A stretch of DNA of 28,489 nucleotides, taken from sequence record NC_028787.1. One strand, 5' to 3'. Positions within the stretch are counted from its first letter, which is position 1. Every line of letters starts with the position of its first letter. The translations under genes and the position numbers were made by a program. A model generated the notes under the pieces. It had not been told where the DNA came from, searched no databases, and saw only the letters and a list, made by a program, of their open reading frames with translations. Of the stretch, positions 1-8,532 are shown one piece after another.

Positions 1-70
1 CATTTTTGATCCCATTTTGTTGTTTGTTGGTGAGGGTATTTAAGGTTTTCTGTGAGGGTTCTCAACTTAG
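1..70. repeat. Left inverted terminal repeat (70 bp)
   Basis: 1-70 (CATTTTTGAT...CTCAACTTAG) is the exact reverse complement of 28420-28489; identity stops at base 71. Confidence 0.98.
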
Positions 71-114
71 CAGAAAATAAAAACTTCTTGAAGGTATAAT
101 TCCTTAAAAAATAA

Positions 115-308
115 TTAAAAAAGTAAATTCTTACTAATGTGATTTAATGATTGGTTTTTGGTGACGAAACTAGTAGGGAAACCGGTATCCCCCAATCCCC
201 CTCCTAACCGGGTGTCCTAATACCCTTTTTTACAATTTTTCTAAGGAGTTTTCTATCCGGATTAACTCTATCCAACCCTTAATCTAGTAATGAACGTTGT
301 ATTTATCT
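115..308 (-). ncRNA. Candidate structured non-coding RNA (position of the pRNA-like RNA proposed for ABV); boundaries approximate
   Basis: No ATG in this minus-strand stretch. BRE/TATA-like AGAAATTTATAC at about 343-332, several stems (176-191, 246-268, CCGGT/ACCGG), T-rich terminator-like run near 105-125. The pRNA analogy is inference. Confidence 0.3.
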
Positions 309-534
309 CAGAGTTCTGTAACGTCTGTCTGTATAAATTTCTGACAAAAGTCACGAATCCAAGTATGGATTTGAAATAAGAGGGGGGTTAATTTCACTCT
401 ACTTATCCTAAATTGTAATGACGTTGTAATTTTGAATTTGTCTCAAGGGTTACAATTTATCTAATTTCAAAACAGCTTTTTAATAAAGAATGACAGTAAA
501 GTAAAAAATGTTAATTACATGTTTGTAAGGTCTT

Positions 535-1314
535 TTATGCTGACTCTATCTCATCATAATCTTCTTCTATCAGTTCATCTAGAACTCTTTCTGCAATAAG
601 TTCTAATTTTTCCTCTGTTGTTAGTTTTAAACCTTTGGGCATTGGGTGTTCTGATTCTATTCTATCTAATTCTTTGAAGTATTTTGAAGCTAAATCATTT
701 GTAACTTTATCTCCTTGTTTCAAATCTTGTTTGATTTCTTCTATTTTATCTTCATAATCATCTTGTATTTTGATTTTGGGTACACCCATGTTAAATACTA
801 CACGTTTGAAGTACTGTCTAACTGGTAACATTAAAGCTATACGATTTGCTTCAGGGTATGGTAAAGAAGTTATGTTATAGATTTTTTGGAGAATAACAGT
901 TACACGTCCTAAAATAAACTGGATTGTTGGAATTATACTAAAAGCTTTAGTTTCCACTGCTTGTATAATCTTTGTTACATTTAATTTGTCAGGGTCTCTT
1001 ACAATTGAATCTAAGTATTTATCATAGAATCTTTCTAGATAAGTAGCGTAATTCCATGCGGTGTGAAGTATTATGGGTTTTGGTAGATTTTCATTAAAGG
1101 ATAAGATTCTTTCTTCTTTAGCAGGCTCCATTTTGAGTCTTATAATTTTATCAAATTGATCTGTTAGGAAAGCCTTAGAATCTTTATTTTTCTTAATTAA
1201 GTAGTCTCTCATTAAATACCATTCCTTGTTAATTGTGAAAACATCATCGTATTTATCTAAAAGATGAATGTATTTTAATTCTTCTTCAATTTCAGGGTTA
1301 AGCTTTTCCACCAA
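535..1314 (-). CDS. Putative terminal protein for protein-primed replication (259 aa)
   Basis: Overlaps the polymerase stop, has a GGAGGTGA RBS, helical and charged, size similar to phi29/PRD1 terminal proteins. Assignment by synteny only. Confidence 0.45.
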   Translation of the reverse strand: MVEKLNPEIEEELKYIHLLDKYDDVFTINKEWYLMRDYLIKKNKDSKAFLTDQFDKIIRLKMEPAKEERILSFNENLPKPIILHTAWNYATYLERFYDKYLDSIVRDPDKLNVTKIIQAVETKAFSIIPTIQFILGRVTVILQKIYNITSLPYPEANRIALMLPVRQYFKRVVFNMGVPKIKIQDDYEDKIEEIKQDLKQGDKVTNDLASKYFKELDRIESEHPMPKGLKLTTEEKLELIAERVLDELIEEDYDEIESA

Positions 1315-3286
1315 TTATCACCTCCAAATCTATTGGATTTATAGTTTTTAAAGTTTTATTGAACTCTTTTTCGTATTCTTTTGCCTCTTTTTCATTCGAA
1401 AACATTTTACCAACCCAAATTCCGTTTTCATAATGGTATTTCTGTTTTGTGTTTAATGGACTGATTATTTTTTGAATGTCATTAAGTAGTCCAACAATTC
1501 CATTCTCATTAAGTCTTAGATTAAAGATTGTTCTAAACATTAATTTTTGACTAACATTTACTCTAACTATTTCTCCTTTGCTTAAACGATTTGCAATGTA
1601 ATCAATTACCTTTTCTGCTATTTCTTCATTTAATTTGAATCCTCTGCTTTTTACCATTTTTTCATTAGCATCATTTAACACATAAATCCCATTTCCAATT
1701 ACTTCTGCTTTACCTTCTCCTTCTAATTTAAACTGACCAAGTTTATCTCCTACTAACTCATCTGGTAATTCTTTATTTGTTATAATACTATCTGTTAGGT
1801 ATGAGATAGCATTACGATCAGAGTTAACTATGTAAGTTCTGCCTAACGCTGTTATCATCCCGGCATAAATCACATTCTGGAATTTAGCGTTGAATAATAA
1901 TCTTTCACCAAATTTTCCATAACTTGAATTCAAGATTAATTTATAGACTTTTTCAAGGGGGTTTTTCTCCTTTTTTAAGTGTAACCTTTTTTCATAAAGA
2001 TCTTTTATAACTTGTTCAAAGATGTGTTTTCTCACAATGCTAAATTTAATTGTAGTTATTTTTCCTTTTACTTTAATGTTAGGAGATAATTCTTTATTAT
2101 TCTCTGTGAGTTCAAAATCAAATAAGCTTGTGCAGAAGTTTGCAATTCTTAATAATTTGTGATTAGTTTTTGATGATACTAATTTATCATTCTGTTCAAA
2201 ACATCCATAATAAATGTACAGATTTTTGGCGTCCTCATTCTCAATAGTACCTTCAAATAGCGGATTCTCATTAGGTACAAATTCTTCTTCAATACCTTCA
2301 TACTGAAGGACAGGTAGTTTTGTCATGAAGAACGGGTACATAGAATTGATGTCATACTTTTTTACATTACTAAAGATTCCTAAATAATTGCTATCAAATA
2401 ATCCACCTTTGTACAATTTTAATAACGCTAAACTTAGTTCAGGGTCATAGGGTAATCCTTTAATTGCATCCCCGTTTTTTAAGAAATAGATGAATTTGTC
2501 TTCTGGAGTATTATTAATTATGTAGTTAATACTATTAGATGGCAATGTTCTGAGACCTGTAAATGGGAATAAGTAATCTTTAATGATAGCTAATTGGTAT
2601 GTAGCTATAGTATCAAGTTTATTATACTTTGTTAGATCTTCAACAGTTTTAGGGTCATGAAAATCAAGAGAACCAAAGTCTGCTCTTTTCTGTTTGTCTT
2701 CTTTCCACTCTTTAAGTTGGTCATCTGTTAAATAACTAAGAGGAAATTTTTGTTTAATTAGGTCATAATACCTTGTATAGGCATTGTATAAAGAGTCATT
2801 ATAATACTGCATTAAATTAAAGAACAACATCTTTCTACTTTGCGTAACTAATGTATAAGTGTTCTTATGTTTGAAGATTTCTAATTTATCTGTTGTAAAA
2901 GCTCCATCATGTAAGAATCTAAGTAATCTCTTTTTTGCGTTTTCTTTCTGAAGGATTGGTGAAAACAAAACTGGTACATCATAATCTCCATAGAAGAAAT
3001 TAATGTCACCAAATAATGATAGATTTATGTCATTAACTGTGTCAACTACTTGATAATCGTATTCATGACCATCATAAACACCAATTAAGATTGATTTACC
3101 ATTTGTTTCTATGTCAAATGCTTTAACAATTGTTTTTTCGTTATTTTCCTTTTCTTTGAAAGTTTTTGTATTCACTTCACATAGGGAAAAAAGACCAAGT
3201 AATGTTTTTTTAAGATACACATTTGGTTTTGCAATTAAATTAGCTTCTTTCTCAACTTTTATCGTCTTATCTTTTGTTGTCTGCAT
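1298..3286 (-). CDS. polB: Protein-primed family B DNA polymerase (662 aa)
   Basis: ExoI AFDIET, ExoII GDYDV, ExoIII YNKLD, motif A YDINSMYP, motif B KLILNSSYGKFG, motif C variant YLTDS; long A-B insert (TPR1 position); linear genome with ITRs. Confidence 0.96.
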   Translation of the reverse strand: MQTTKDKTIKVEKEANLIAKPNVYLKKTLLGLFSLCEVNTKTFKEKENNEKTIVKAFDIETNGKSILIGVYDGHEYDYQVVDTVNDINLSLFGDINFFYGDYDVPVLFSPILQKENAKKRLLRFLHDGAFTTDKLEIFKHKNTYTLVTQSRKMLFFNLMQYYNDSLYNAYTRYYDLIKQKFPLSYLTDDQLKEWKEDKQKRADFGSLDFHDPKTVEDLTKYNKLDTIATYQLAIIKDYLFPFTGLRTLPSNSINYIINNTPEDKFIYFLKNGDAIKGLPYDPELSLALLKLYKGGLFDSNYLGIFSNVKKYDINSMYPFFMTKLPVLQYEGIEEEFVPNENPLFEGTIENEDAKNLYIYYGCFEQNDKLVSSKTNHKLLRIANFCTSLFDFELTENNKELSPNIKVKGKITTIKFSIVRKHIFEQVIKDLYEKRLHLKKEKNPLEKVYKLILNSSYGKFGERLLFNAKFQNVIYAGMITALGRTYIVNSDRNAISYLTDSIITNKELPDELVGDKLGQFKLEGEGKAEVIGNGIYVLNDANEKMVKSRGFKLNEEIAEKVIDYIANRLSKGEIVRVNVSQKLMFRTIFNLRLNENGIVGLLNDIQKIISPLNTKQKYHYENGIWVGKMFSNEKEAKEYEKEFNKTLKTINPIDLEVIIGGKA

Positions 3287-3319
3287 AATTTAAAATAGAG
3301 AAGTAGAGTTTAAAAAAGT
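3287..3319 (-). promoter_or_regulatory. Leaderless BRE/TATA promoter of polB
   Basis: Minus strand AAACTTTTTTAAAC followed about 21 nt later by the ATG. Confidence 0.6.
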
Positions 3320-3850
3320 TTAGTGATCTGTGAAACTTAAGAGTGAAGATTGAGCCAACTTGTTATTCAAAATCTCTTGTCCAAAATCAGAGTCACAATT
3401 TAATTTTGTTATTTTTAAGTCTCCTGTAATTAGCCAACATTCATTTATCTTTTGTCTGAAGTATTTTTCCAAAAGGTATTTATAAATTGAAGTTTGTTTG
3501 GTAGCATAGTCACGGCTATTAATAGTTGATTTAATTTCAATGAGAACTGTTTTGTCAGGTAAATTAAGTAATCCATCAGGAGTAAAACAAATTGACGTTT
3601 CCTTTTTGTTTTTTGGGTTGAAATAATCAACTTGAAACTTTTGTTCTAACATAATGTCTTGTCCAAATAATTTTCTCAACAACATTTCAATTCCTAAATG
3701 ATACAATTTCCCTCTGATTAGTTGTTCTTCTTTTGGAGGATCGCGGTATGATAACAATGCGGTAACATGAACACATTCATCATTTTCTAATTTTGAATCA
3801 ATAAGGTTCTTCAAATCGTTTTCAAATTGTTTATAATCAGGTAATTCCAT
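3320..3850 (-). CDS. Cas4-like / RecB-type PD-(D/E)XK nuclease (176 aa)
   Basis: RGKLYH (GxxxH), FTPDG (PD), LIEIKS (ExK) and KQTSIY (QxxxY) motifs. Confidence 0.82.
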   Translation of the reverse strand: MELPDYKQFENDLKNLIDSKLENDECVHVTALLSYRDPPKEEQLIRGKLYHLGIEMLLRKLFGQDIMLEQKFQVDYFNPKNKKETSICFTPDGLLNLPDKTVLIEIKSTINSRDYATKQTSIYKYLLEKYFRQKINECWLITGDLKITKLNCDSDFGQEILNNKLAQSSLLSFTDH

Positions 3851-3859
3851 AAGATCACC

Positions 3860-4162
3860 CTATACTTGTAACACTAAGGTATTGTATTTAAGCTTTTTGA
3901 AGCTCACGTTAGGTAGTTTGTTAAGTATTCTGTTTCCTTTTATCTCTATTATTCTATTTCTGTCTAGTTTTAGTATCGTAAAGTTATCAGTTAATGCTTC
4001 ATGTTTGACCCATGACTCTAAGATTTCTTTTACTGATAAATCACTGAATTCTTGTTTTTTACCTTGGCATTCCGCAATTATTTTATCATCTTTTTTATAA
4101 ATTTTTAACAAAATGTTATCAAATTCTAAGCAATTTATGACAAAATCAAAGAACGGATCCAT
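3860..4162 (-). CDS. Hypothetical protein (100 aa)
   Basis: First gene of the unit with the nuclease; TATA-like AAACCTTTTTAATT about 21 nt upstream of the ATG. Confidence 0.8.
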   Translation of the reverse strand: MDPFFDFVINCLEFDNILLKIYKKDDKIIAECQGKKQEFSDLSVKEILESWVKHEALTDNFTILKLDRNRIIEIKGNRILNKLPNVSFKKLKYNTLVLQV

Positions 4163-4206
4163 AATTAATCCTTATAAGATTGTAATTAAAAAGGTTTGTG
4201 GTTGTT

Positions 4207-4959
4207 ATGAGTTTAGTTAGTAGGATAATGGATGCAATAGAATTTCAGGTTACTGGTAAAGTTAAAAAATTTAAGTTACCATTTTGTTGTAGATTTATTC
4301 CAGGTTATGCACTAAGTGGTTTGTCTTTTAATGGGCATTATGTTAAAGGGGAAATTGGGATTACTTACAAAGAAGATTTACTAACAACTTTCAGTTCTTC
4401 AACTATTTACATAAAAGAAAATAATGAAATTAAAAAGAAACCTGTCAAAAATAAAGTACACGAATGTTGTTTATTTATTAATACTAATTCTTATTTTCAT
4501 TTGGCTGACCTAATTCCTGCTTACTTAATAAAGTTTCATCAACCATTTTATCTTTTTTCAAGTATAAGTTATGGTTATTTTAATGGTGAACGTTTATACA
4601 CTTATAAGGTTAGTACAATTCCACACTATGTTTTTGAAGAAGAGATTGAACCTACTGAAGAATTAGATGATCTTCTATACGTTGTAGGGGTAGCAGATGC
4701 ATACAAAAGAGGTTATTTTGAAAAAAACATGTACAATGAGAATAAGATTAAGGATTACATTTTCAAACCTTATCTTTATTTTGCTTATTATCTAAAAATG
4801 CATACTACTCTTTTACCACCACAACTAGAACAAGAGTTAGAAAGGAAAATAAAACCAAAATTTATTAACGAAATAGAGATTCCAAAAGAAATTAATGAAG
4901 AAGAAATAAACTCATGGCTTAAGAAGATTGATCTCCAGAATTTGCTAATTGTTCAATAA
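4207..4959 (+). CDS. Hypothetical protein (about 250 aa)
   Basis: Long ORF divergent from 4162; ATG at 4207 preferred to GTG 4198. Confidence 0.85.
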   Translation: MSLVSRIMDAIEFQVTGKVKKFKLPFCCRFIPGYALSGLSFNGHYVKGEIGITYKEDLLTTFSSSTIYIKENNEIKKKPVKNKVHECCLFINTNSYFHLADLIPAYLIKFHQPFYLFSSISYGYFNGERLYTYKVSTIPHYVFEEEIEPTEELDDLLYVVGVADAYKRGYFEKNMYNENKIKDYIFKPYLYFAYYLKMHTTLLPPQLEQELERKIKPKFINEIEIPKEINEEEINSWLKKIDLQNLLIVQ

Positions 4960-5356
4960 ATGTTGTCATGTATGTTATTTTTATGTTAAATAGTTCATAG
5001 ATCATTTGAGCAAAATCAGTATTTAAATTCTCAAAAATTTTGTTTATTCTTTTTCCACAGTCCTTGTTAAGCATGTTTAATACGTCATCTAAATGACAAT
5101 ACTTACATTGTTCAAAAATGTATGTTGGGTAGAAAATGGCGTATCCATTCCATTTCTCATTAAGTGAGACTTCTATTACCAATTTATCTTTAGGTTTCTT
5201 TAGGGGGTCATAATCTGGTAATTCCTCCAATTTAACGTTATTAGGAAAAAGGTGCATGTAACAAATTAGATCTTTGAAAAACCCCATGTCTCCATCTTTC
5301 ATAGTATTAACTTTTGGTATTATCAATTCCTTTACAACATAGTATTTACTGGTCAT
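4919..5356 (-). CDS. Hypothetical protein (145 aa)
   Basis: ATG at 5356 (MTSKYY) overlaps the end of the upstream gene; the longer ORF-track start lies well inside that gene. Confidence 0.8.
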   Translation of the reverse strand: MTSKYYVVKELIIPKVNTMKDGDMGFFKDLICYMHLFPNNVKLEELPDYDPLKKPKDKLVIEVSLNEKWNGYAIFYPTYIFEQCKYCHLDDVLNMLNKDCGKRINKIFENLNTDFAQMIYELFNIKITYMTTFIEQLANSGDQSS

Positions 5357-5645
5357 CTTTTTTCTCCTCCTTCTCTTTATAGTATTGATCAACTAAACAC
5401 TCAACTAATCTATAGAGGGCTAATCTTAGAGCAAAACCATCACAGACCTTAAGGGATTTTGCCAAGCTTATGACAGCATTCAAAATGGGGTCTGGTTGGT
5501 TAATTTCTATGAGCCCGTTATCATGGATTACACAACAATCTAACTCAATTTTGGGCATTGATTCATGTAGGGGATTTGCTTCACCAGTAATGTATGCGTA
5601 AATTACGTCCTGTAGAATTTTTTTACTTATTTTTTGTTTTGTCAT
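5346..5645 (-). CDS. Putative ribbon-helix-helix DNA-binding protein (99 aa)
   Basis: C-terminal IEINQPDPILNAVISLAKSLKVCDGFALRLALYRLV fits the strand-helix-helix RHH pattern. Confidence 0.5.
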   Translation of the reverse strand: MTKQKISKKILQDVIYAYITGEANPLHESMPKIELDCCVIHDNGLIEINQPDPILNAVISLAKSLKVCDGFALRLALYRLVECLVDQYYKEKEEKKDDQ

Positions 5646-5654
5646 GTACTCACC

Positions 5655-5864
5655 TCAAAAGATTTTTACCAAACTCTTTTTTGCAGAAAATGAGTCAATT
5701 TTAATTGTTCTCAAACCAATCTTTAATACACCATCCTCTTCTTGGGCTTTGTATACTTTTTTCAATAACTCTTTTAGTTTATCAGGGTTTTCATTTACAA
5801 CATAAGTTAATCTTGTATGCCATAAAATTTCTGGTAGGTTTTTTATAAAGAGTGAGGTTTTCAT
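5655..5864 (-). CDS. Small basic hypothetical protein (69 aa)
   Basis: Preceded by GTGACCAAAAATG start motif and TATA; GAGGTGAG RBS for the next gene at its end. Confidence 0.8.
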   Translation of the reverse strand: MKTSLFIKNLPEILWHTRLTYVVNENPDKLKELLKKVYKAQEEDGVLKIGLRTIKIDSFSAKKSLVKIF

Positions 5865-5906
5865 TTTTGGTCACATAAAATCTTACGTTTAGAGTTTAAA
5901 AGCTTT
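5862..5906 (-). promoter_or_regulatory. Early-type promoter with TGACC start motif
   Basis: Minus strand AAAGCTTTTAAAC...TTTTATGTGACCAAAAATG. Confidence 0.6.
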
Positions 5907-5978
5907 ATTCCAGTAGTGAAGTTAATCAGGTCAAAAATAAAGAAGGAATTTATGGGCTTGGAATTCATGATTACCTAT

Positions 5979-6022
5979 AAACTTTTTAATCTTTGGTTTT
6001 AATTATTAAGTGAGGAAACATG
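5979..6022 (+). promoter_or_regulatory. Early-type promoter, variant of the shared motif
   Basis: AAACTTTTTAATC...TAATTATTAAGTGAGGAAACATG. Confidence 0.6.
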
Positions 6023-6721
6023 AAAGAGTCAATCATAAAAGTAATTCCTTTCAATAAAGATCTAGTTTTTTCAATCAATTTACCTTACTCTGTATACTTA
6101 AACGATAAGTATCTAACAACTATTGATGCAGATGTTGATTTGAATAAATTCGAAAAGGCTCTTCTAACTGATGAGAAGTTAAAAGTACTAATGAACAAGT
6201 ATCTTGTGGCTGAAACATTATCACAGATTTATAGTCAAAAAGAACAAGAACTTGTTAAAAAATTAAATGAGCAGATACTACACAGTTTCATTTATGATTA
6301 TAAGGATTTATCTGGTTATTCTTCTGATGTTAAGAGAGAGAAGAGAGATAAGTATTTATGTTTTACAACGGAAAATTTTGAGGTTTGTACACATTCAAAG
6401 AAATACGAATTATCGGCTATCGTTAATGAAATTAGTGATGCGTTAAAGAATGTAGATTCAAGTCTGAAACTTACGATCTATTACGGCAAATACTCATTAA
6501 CAATTTTCATTAACAGTATTGAAGTTTATAGGAATGATGCTTTTGCTTTAAGAGATGTACTTAGTTACTTTAGAGATGAAATTAAAGAAGGAAAGCTTAA
6601 TGAGGTGATTAATTTATTGAAGCAATTAAAAGAGATTAAAGAAAAACAATTACCCGCCACTGATTATTTTCTAAGGATTAGTGATCGTATTAAAGAGATT
6701 GCTTTTCAATGTAAAGAATAA
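6020..6721 (+). CDS. Unknown protein, paralog family A (233 aa)
   Basis: Shares IIKVIP, DLNKFE, DVLSYF and KLNEVINLL with 11535-12299 (VIKEIP, DLNKLE, QVLSFF, KLSEVIGLM). Confidence 0.85.
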   Translation: MKESIIKVIPFNKDLVFSINLPYSVYLNDKYLTTIDADVDLNKFEKALLTDEKLKVLMNKYLVAETLSQIYSQKEQELVKKLNEQILHSFIYDYKDLSGYSSDVKREKRDKYLCFTTENFEVCTHSKKYELSAIVNEISDALKNVDSSLKLTIYYGKYSLTIFINSIEVYRNDAFALRDVLSYFRDEIKEGKLNEVINLLKQLKEIKEKQLPATDYFLRISDRIKEIAFQCKE

Positions 6722-6771
6722 TTTTTTGCTATTTCTTTAGGTTACTCCTATTTCTTTTATTTAATAATAAG

Positions 6772-7272
6772 ATGATAGTTATGCCAAGGGGAAAACCTAA
6801 TTTAGAGCCTGATCAAGTTATGTGTCCAAATAAGTATACTAGTAGACTTGTTGAGTATTGTTTACTTTATAGGACTAATTTAAATGTCTTTGAAGGTATG
6901 GGGCGGTATGAAAAAGGATACGTTGTATACCACGTTTATCCAGGAATCACTTATTTGAAGTTCAATGTAATGAAGAAACTAACTAAGACTGCTCCTTATT
7001 TTCTAACAATTTCAAAGTTTGAAATTATACCATCAACTTTCACAATAGAAGATGAACCGCTTTTGACTGCCGAGATTCCTCCAGAATGGTATGAAAAAAT
7101 CTTAGAAGACCCAAACGCCCCGCCACTGCTTAAAGCCGTCCTTGAGGCATTTCCTAAAGAGAAGGATGAGTATGCTTACATTCCTTCTTCAGAGTACTTT
7201 GAAGGTTATTGGAAAGATCAGGTTGAGGAAATTAAACGTTATCTTGAGTCTTTAAACGGTGAAGAAGCATAA
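6772..7272 (+). CDS. Hypothetical protein (166 aa)
   Basis: Clean ORF between T-rich intergenic segments. Confidence 0.85.
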   Translation: MIVMPRGKPNLEPDQVMCPNKYTSRLVEYCLLYRTNLNVFEGMGRYEKGYVVYHVYPGITYLKFNVMKKLTKTAPYFLTISKFEIIPSTFTIEDEPLLTAEIPPEWYEKILEDPNAPPLLKAVLEAFPKEKDEYAYIPSSEYFEGYWKDQVEEIKRYLESLNGEEA

Positions 7273-7312
7273 AGCTTTTTAAATTTTTTACTCAGATCTT
7301 TATTTGATCTGT

Positions 7313-7621
7313 ATGAAAGAAGTAGTAATTTCAAGTTATGATCAATTTTTGAGAGAGATAGAGAAAGCTAATGAAAAAGGGTATGATGTAAAATTAGTGA
7401 CTCCACAGGGGTTGGAGTATGTTTCTAAGCTTAGTGATAGTTTTGAAATAAATGCGGATGATGAGGATTTGACTATTTCTACAACCTATAAAAAAATGTT
7501 ATTAGAAGTACATAATGAATACGTTTTGGGTTGGTATCAAGGCGGAAAGAAAATTATTGTAGGGGAAAACAAAAACTTTGGAGAATCTCCTAAGCCTATG
7601 ATAGTTACCAAAGAGATCTGA
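7313..7621 (+). CDS. Hypothetical protein (102 aa)
   Basis: AAAGCTTTTTAAA TATA upstream; ATG at 7313. Confidence 0.8.
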   Translation: MKEVVISSYDQFLREIEKANEKGYDVKLVTPQGLEYVSKLSDSFEINADDEDLTISTTYKKMLLEVHNEYVLGWYQGGKKIIVGENKNFGESPKPMIVTKEI

Positions 7622-7662
7622 TTTTTTATGTCAAGTTTTCCTTTTTTTATCTATTAAGATAG

Positions 7663-7791
7663 ATGAGTATGTGGATACCATCCTTTGTTAAAGTTTTATT
7701 TGCATTATTTATTATAGGATTAATTATAGTTGTTGGGTATAAATTCATCTATCCCATGTTTAAAGAGAAAGTATCCGGTGAAGTAAAGTGA
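7663..7791 (+). CDS. Small single-pass membrane protein (42 aa), not in ORF track
   Basis: MSMWIPSFVKVLFALFIIGLIIVVGYKFIYPMFKEKVSGEVK, read manually. Confidence 0.6.
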   Translation: MSMWIPSFVKVLFALFIIGLIIVVGYKFIYPMFKEKVSGEVK

Positions 7792-7952
7792 ACGTTCTTA
7801 ATTTGTTAGCGGATGCAGACATAATTATCAACCTATTTTTTCTATTTCAAAAGAAAGTAAGTATAAAGGACGCATTAATTTTAACAACCATTACTTTAGT
7901 GATAATGTATACATACATTATAATGAAAGAAAAACAATTGACTTCATCTTAG
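7788..7952 (+). CDS. Small membrane protein (54 aa, GTG start), not in ORF track
   Basis: GTGA start/stop overlap with the previous ORF; hydrophobic DALILTTITLVIMYTYIIM. Confidence 0.45.
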   Translation: MNVLNLLADADIIINLFFLFQKKVSIKDALILTTITLVIMYTYIIMKEKQLTSS

Positions 7953-8195
7953 TAATGAACCTAATAAATAAAAGAAAAATAGAATACCAACTATAACTCC
8001 AAAAAGAACAAGTGTACCTATTAAGACGTATACAAAAGCATAACCTGTTGAGTATAAGGATTGTATAAAATTTTTTGTTAATACTAAGTTTCCTATAAAA
8101 AACGCAAAGAGAAATTCAAAAAGAGTGTCTGGTTTGATTTTGATTGTAATGCCTTTGTCCTTTAATTTTCTTTTTACTTTTCTCAGTGATTTCAT
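7944..8195 (-). CDS. Membrane protein, 2 TM segments (83 aa)
   Basis: Basic N-terminus plus two hydrophobic segments. Confidence 0.75.
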   Translation of the reverse strand: MKSLRKVKRKLKDKGITIKIKPDTLFEFLFAFFIGNLVLTKNFIQSLYSTGYAFVYVLIGTLVLFGVIVGILFFFYLLGSLLR

Positions 8196-8225
8196 AAGAT
8201 GAATTTATGGACAAAAAATAAAAAC

Positions 8226-8456
8226 TTAACTAATTACATCTGCTATTTTATCAAGTTTAGCCTGTAAATCTTCAGTCTGTTTTTTCACACTTTCAATCCA
8301 GTTCTTTATGTTATCTGCATTATCTTTTTTCATGTCAAACGTTTTTTCATAAGTTTCTTCAAATTCTTGATTCATAAATTTGAACTTTTGTTTGATTTGT
8401 ACTTTCAAGAGAAGCCTCTTACAGTCACACGAATAATTGATCTCCATGTTTATCAT
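8226..8456 (-). CDS. Small protein with C-terminal coiled coil (76 aa)
   Basis: IKNWIESVKKQTEDLQAKLDKIADV heptad pattern. Confidence 0.75.
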   Translation of the reverse strand: MINMEINYSCDCKRLLLKVQIKQKFKFMNQEFEETYEKTFDMKKDNADNIKNWIESVKKQTEDLQAKLDKIADVIS

Positions 8457-8532
8457 CTTATCTATAATAAATAATAGGAATACTAGTCAAGTTTCCACAA
8501 ATGTTCTTATGATTTAAAAGAGACAATACCTT

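Noticed and set aside
1-3850. Casposon or polinton-like integrated element (terminal repeats + protein-primed PolB + Cas4-like gene)
   Set aside because: No Cas1, integrase or transposase motif, no flanking host DNA or target duplication, and a large virion-type late block; a free linear virus fits better.
3111-4100. ORF-track calls 3111-3293(+), 3445-3630(-) and 3882-4100(+)
   Set aside because: Shadow frames inside polB, the nuclease and the 100-aa gene, without RBS or promoter.
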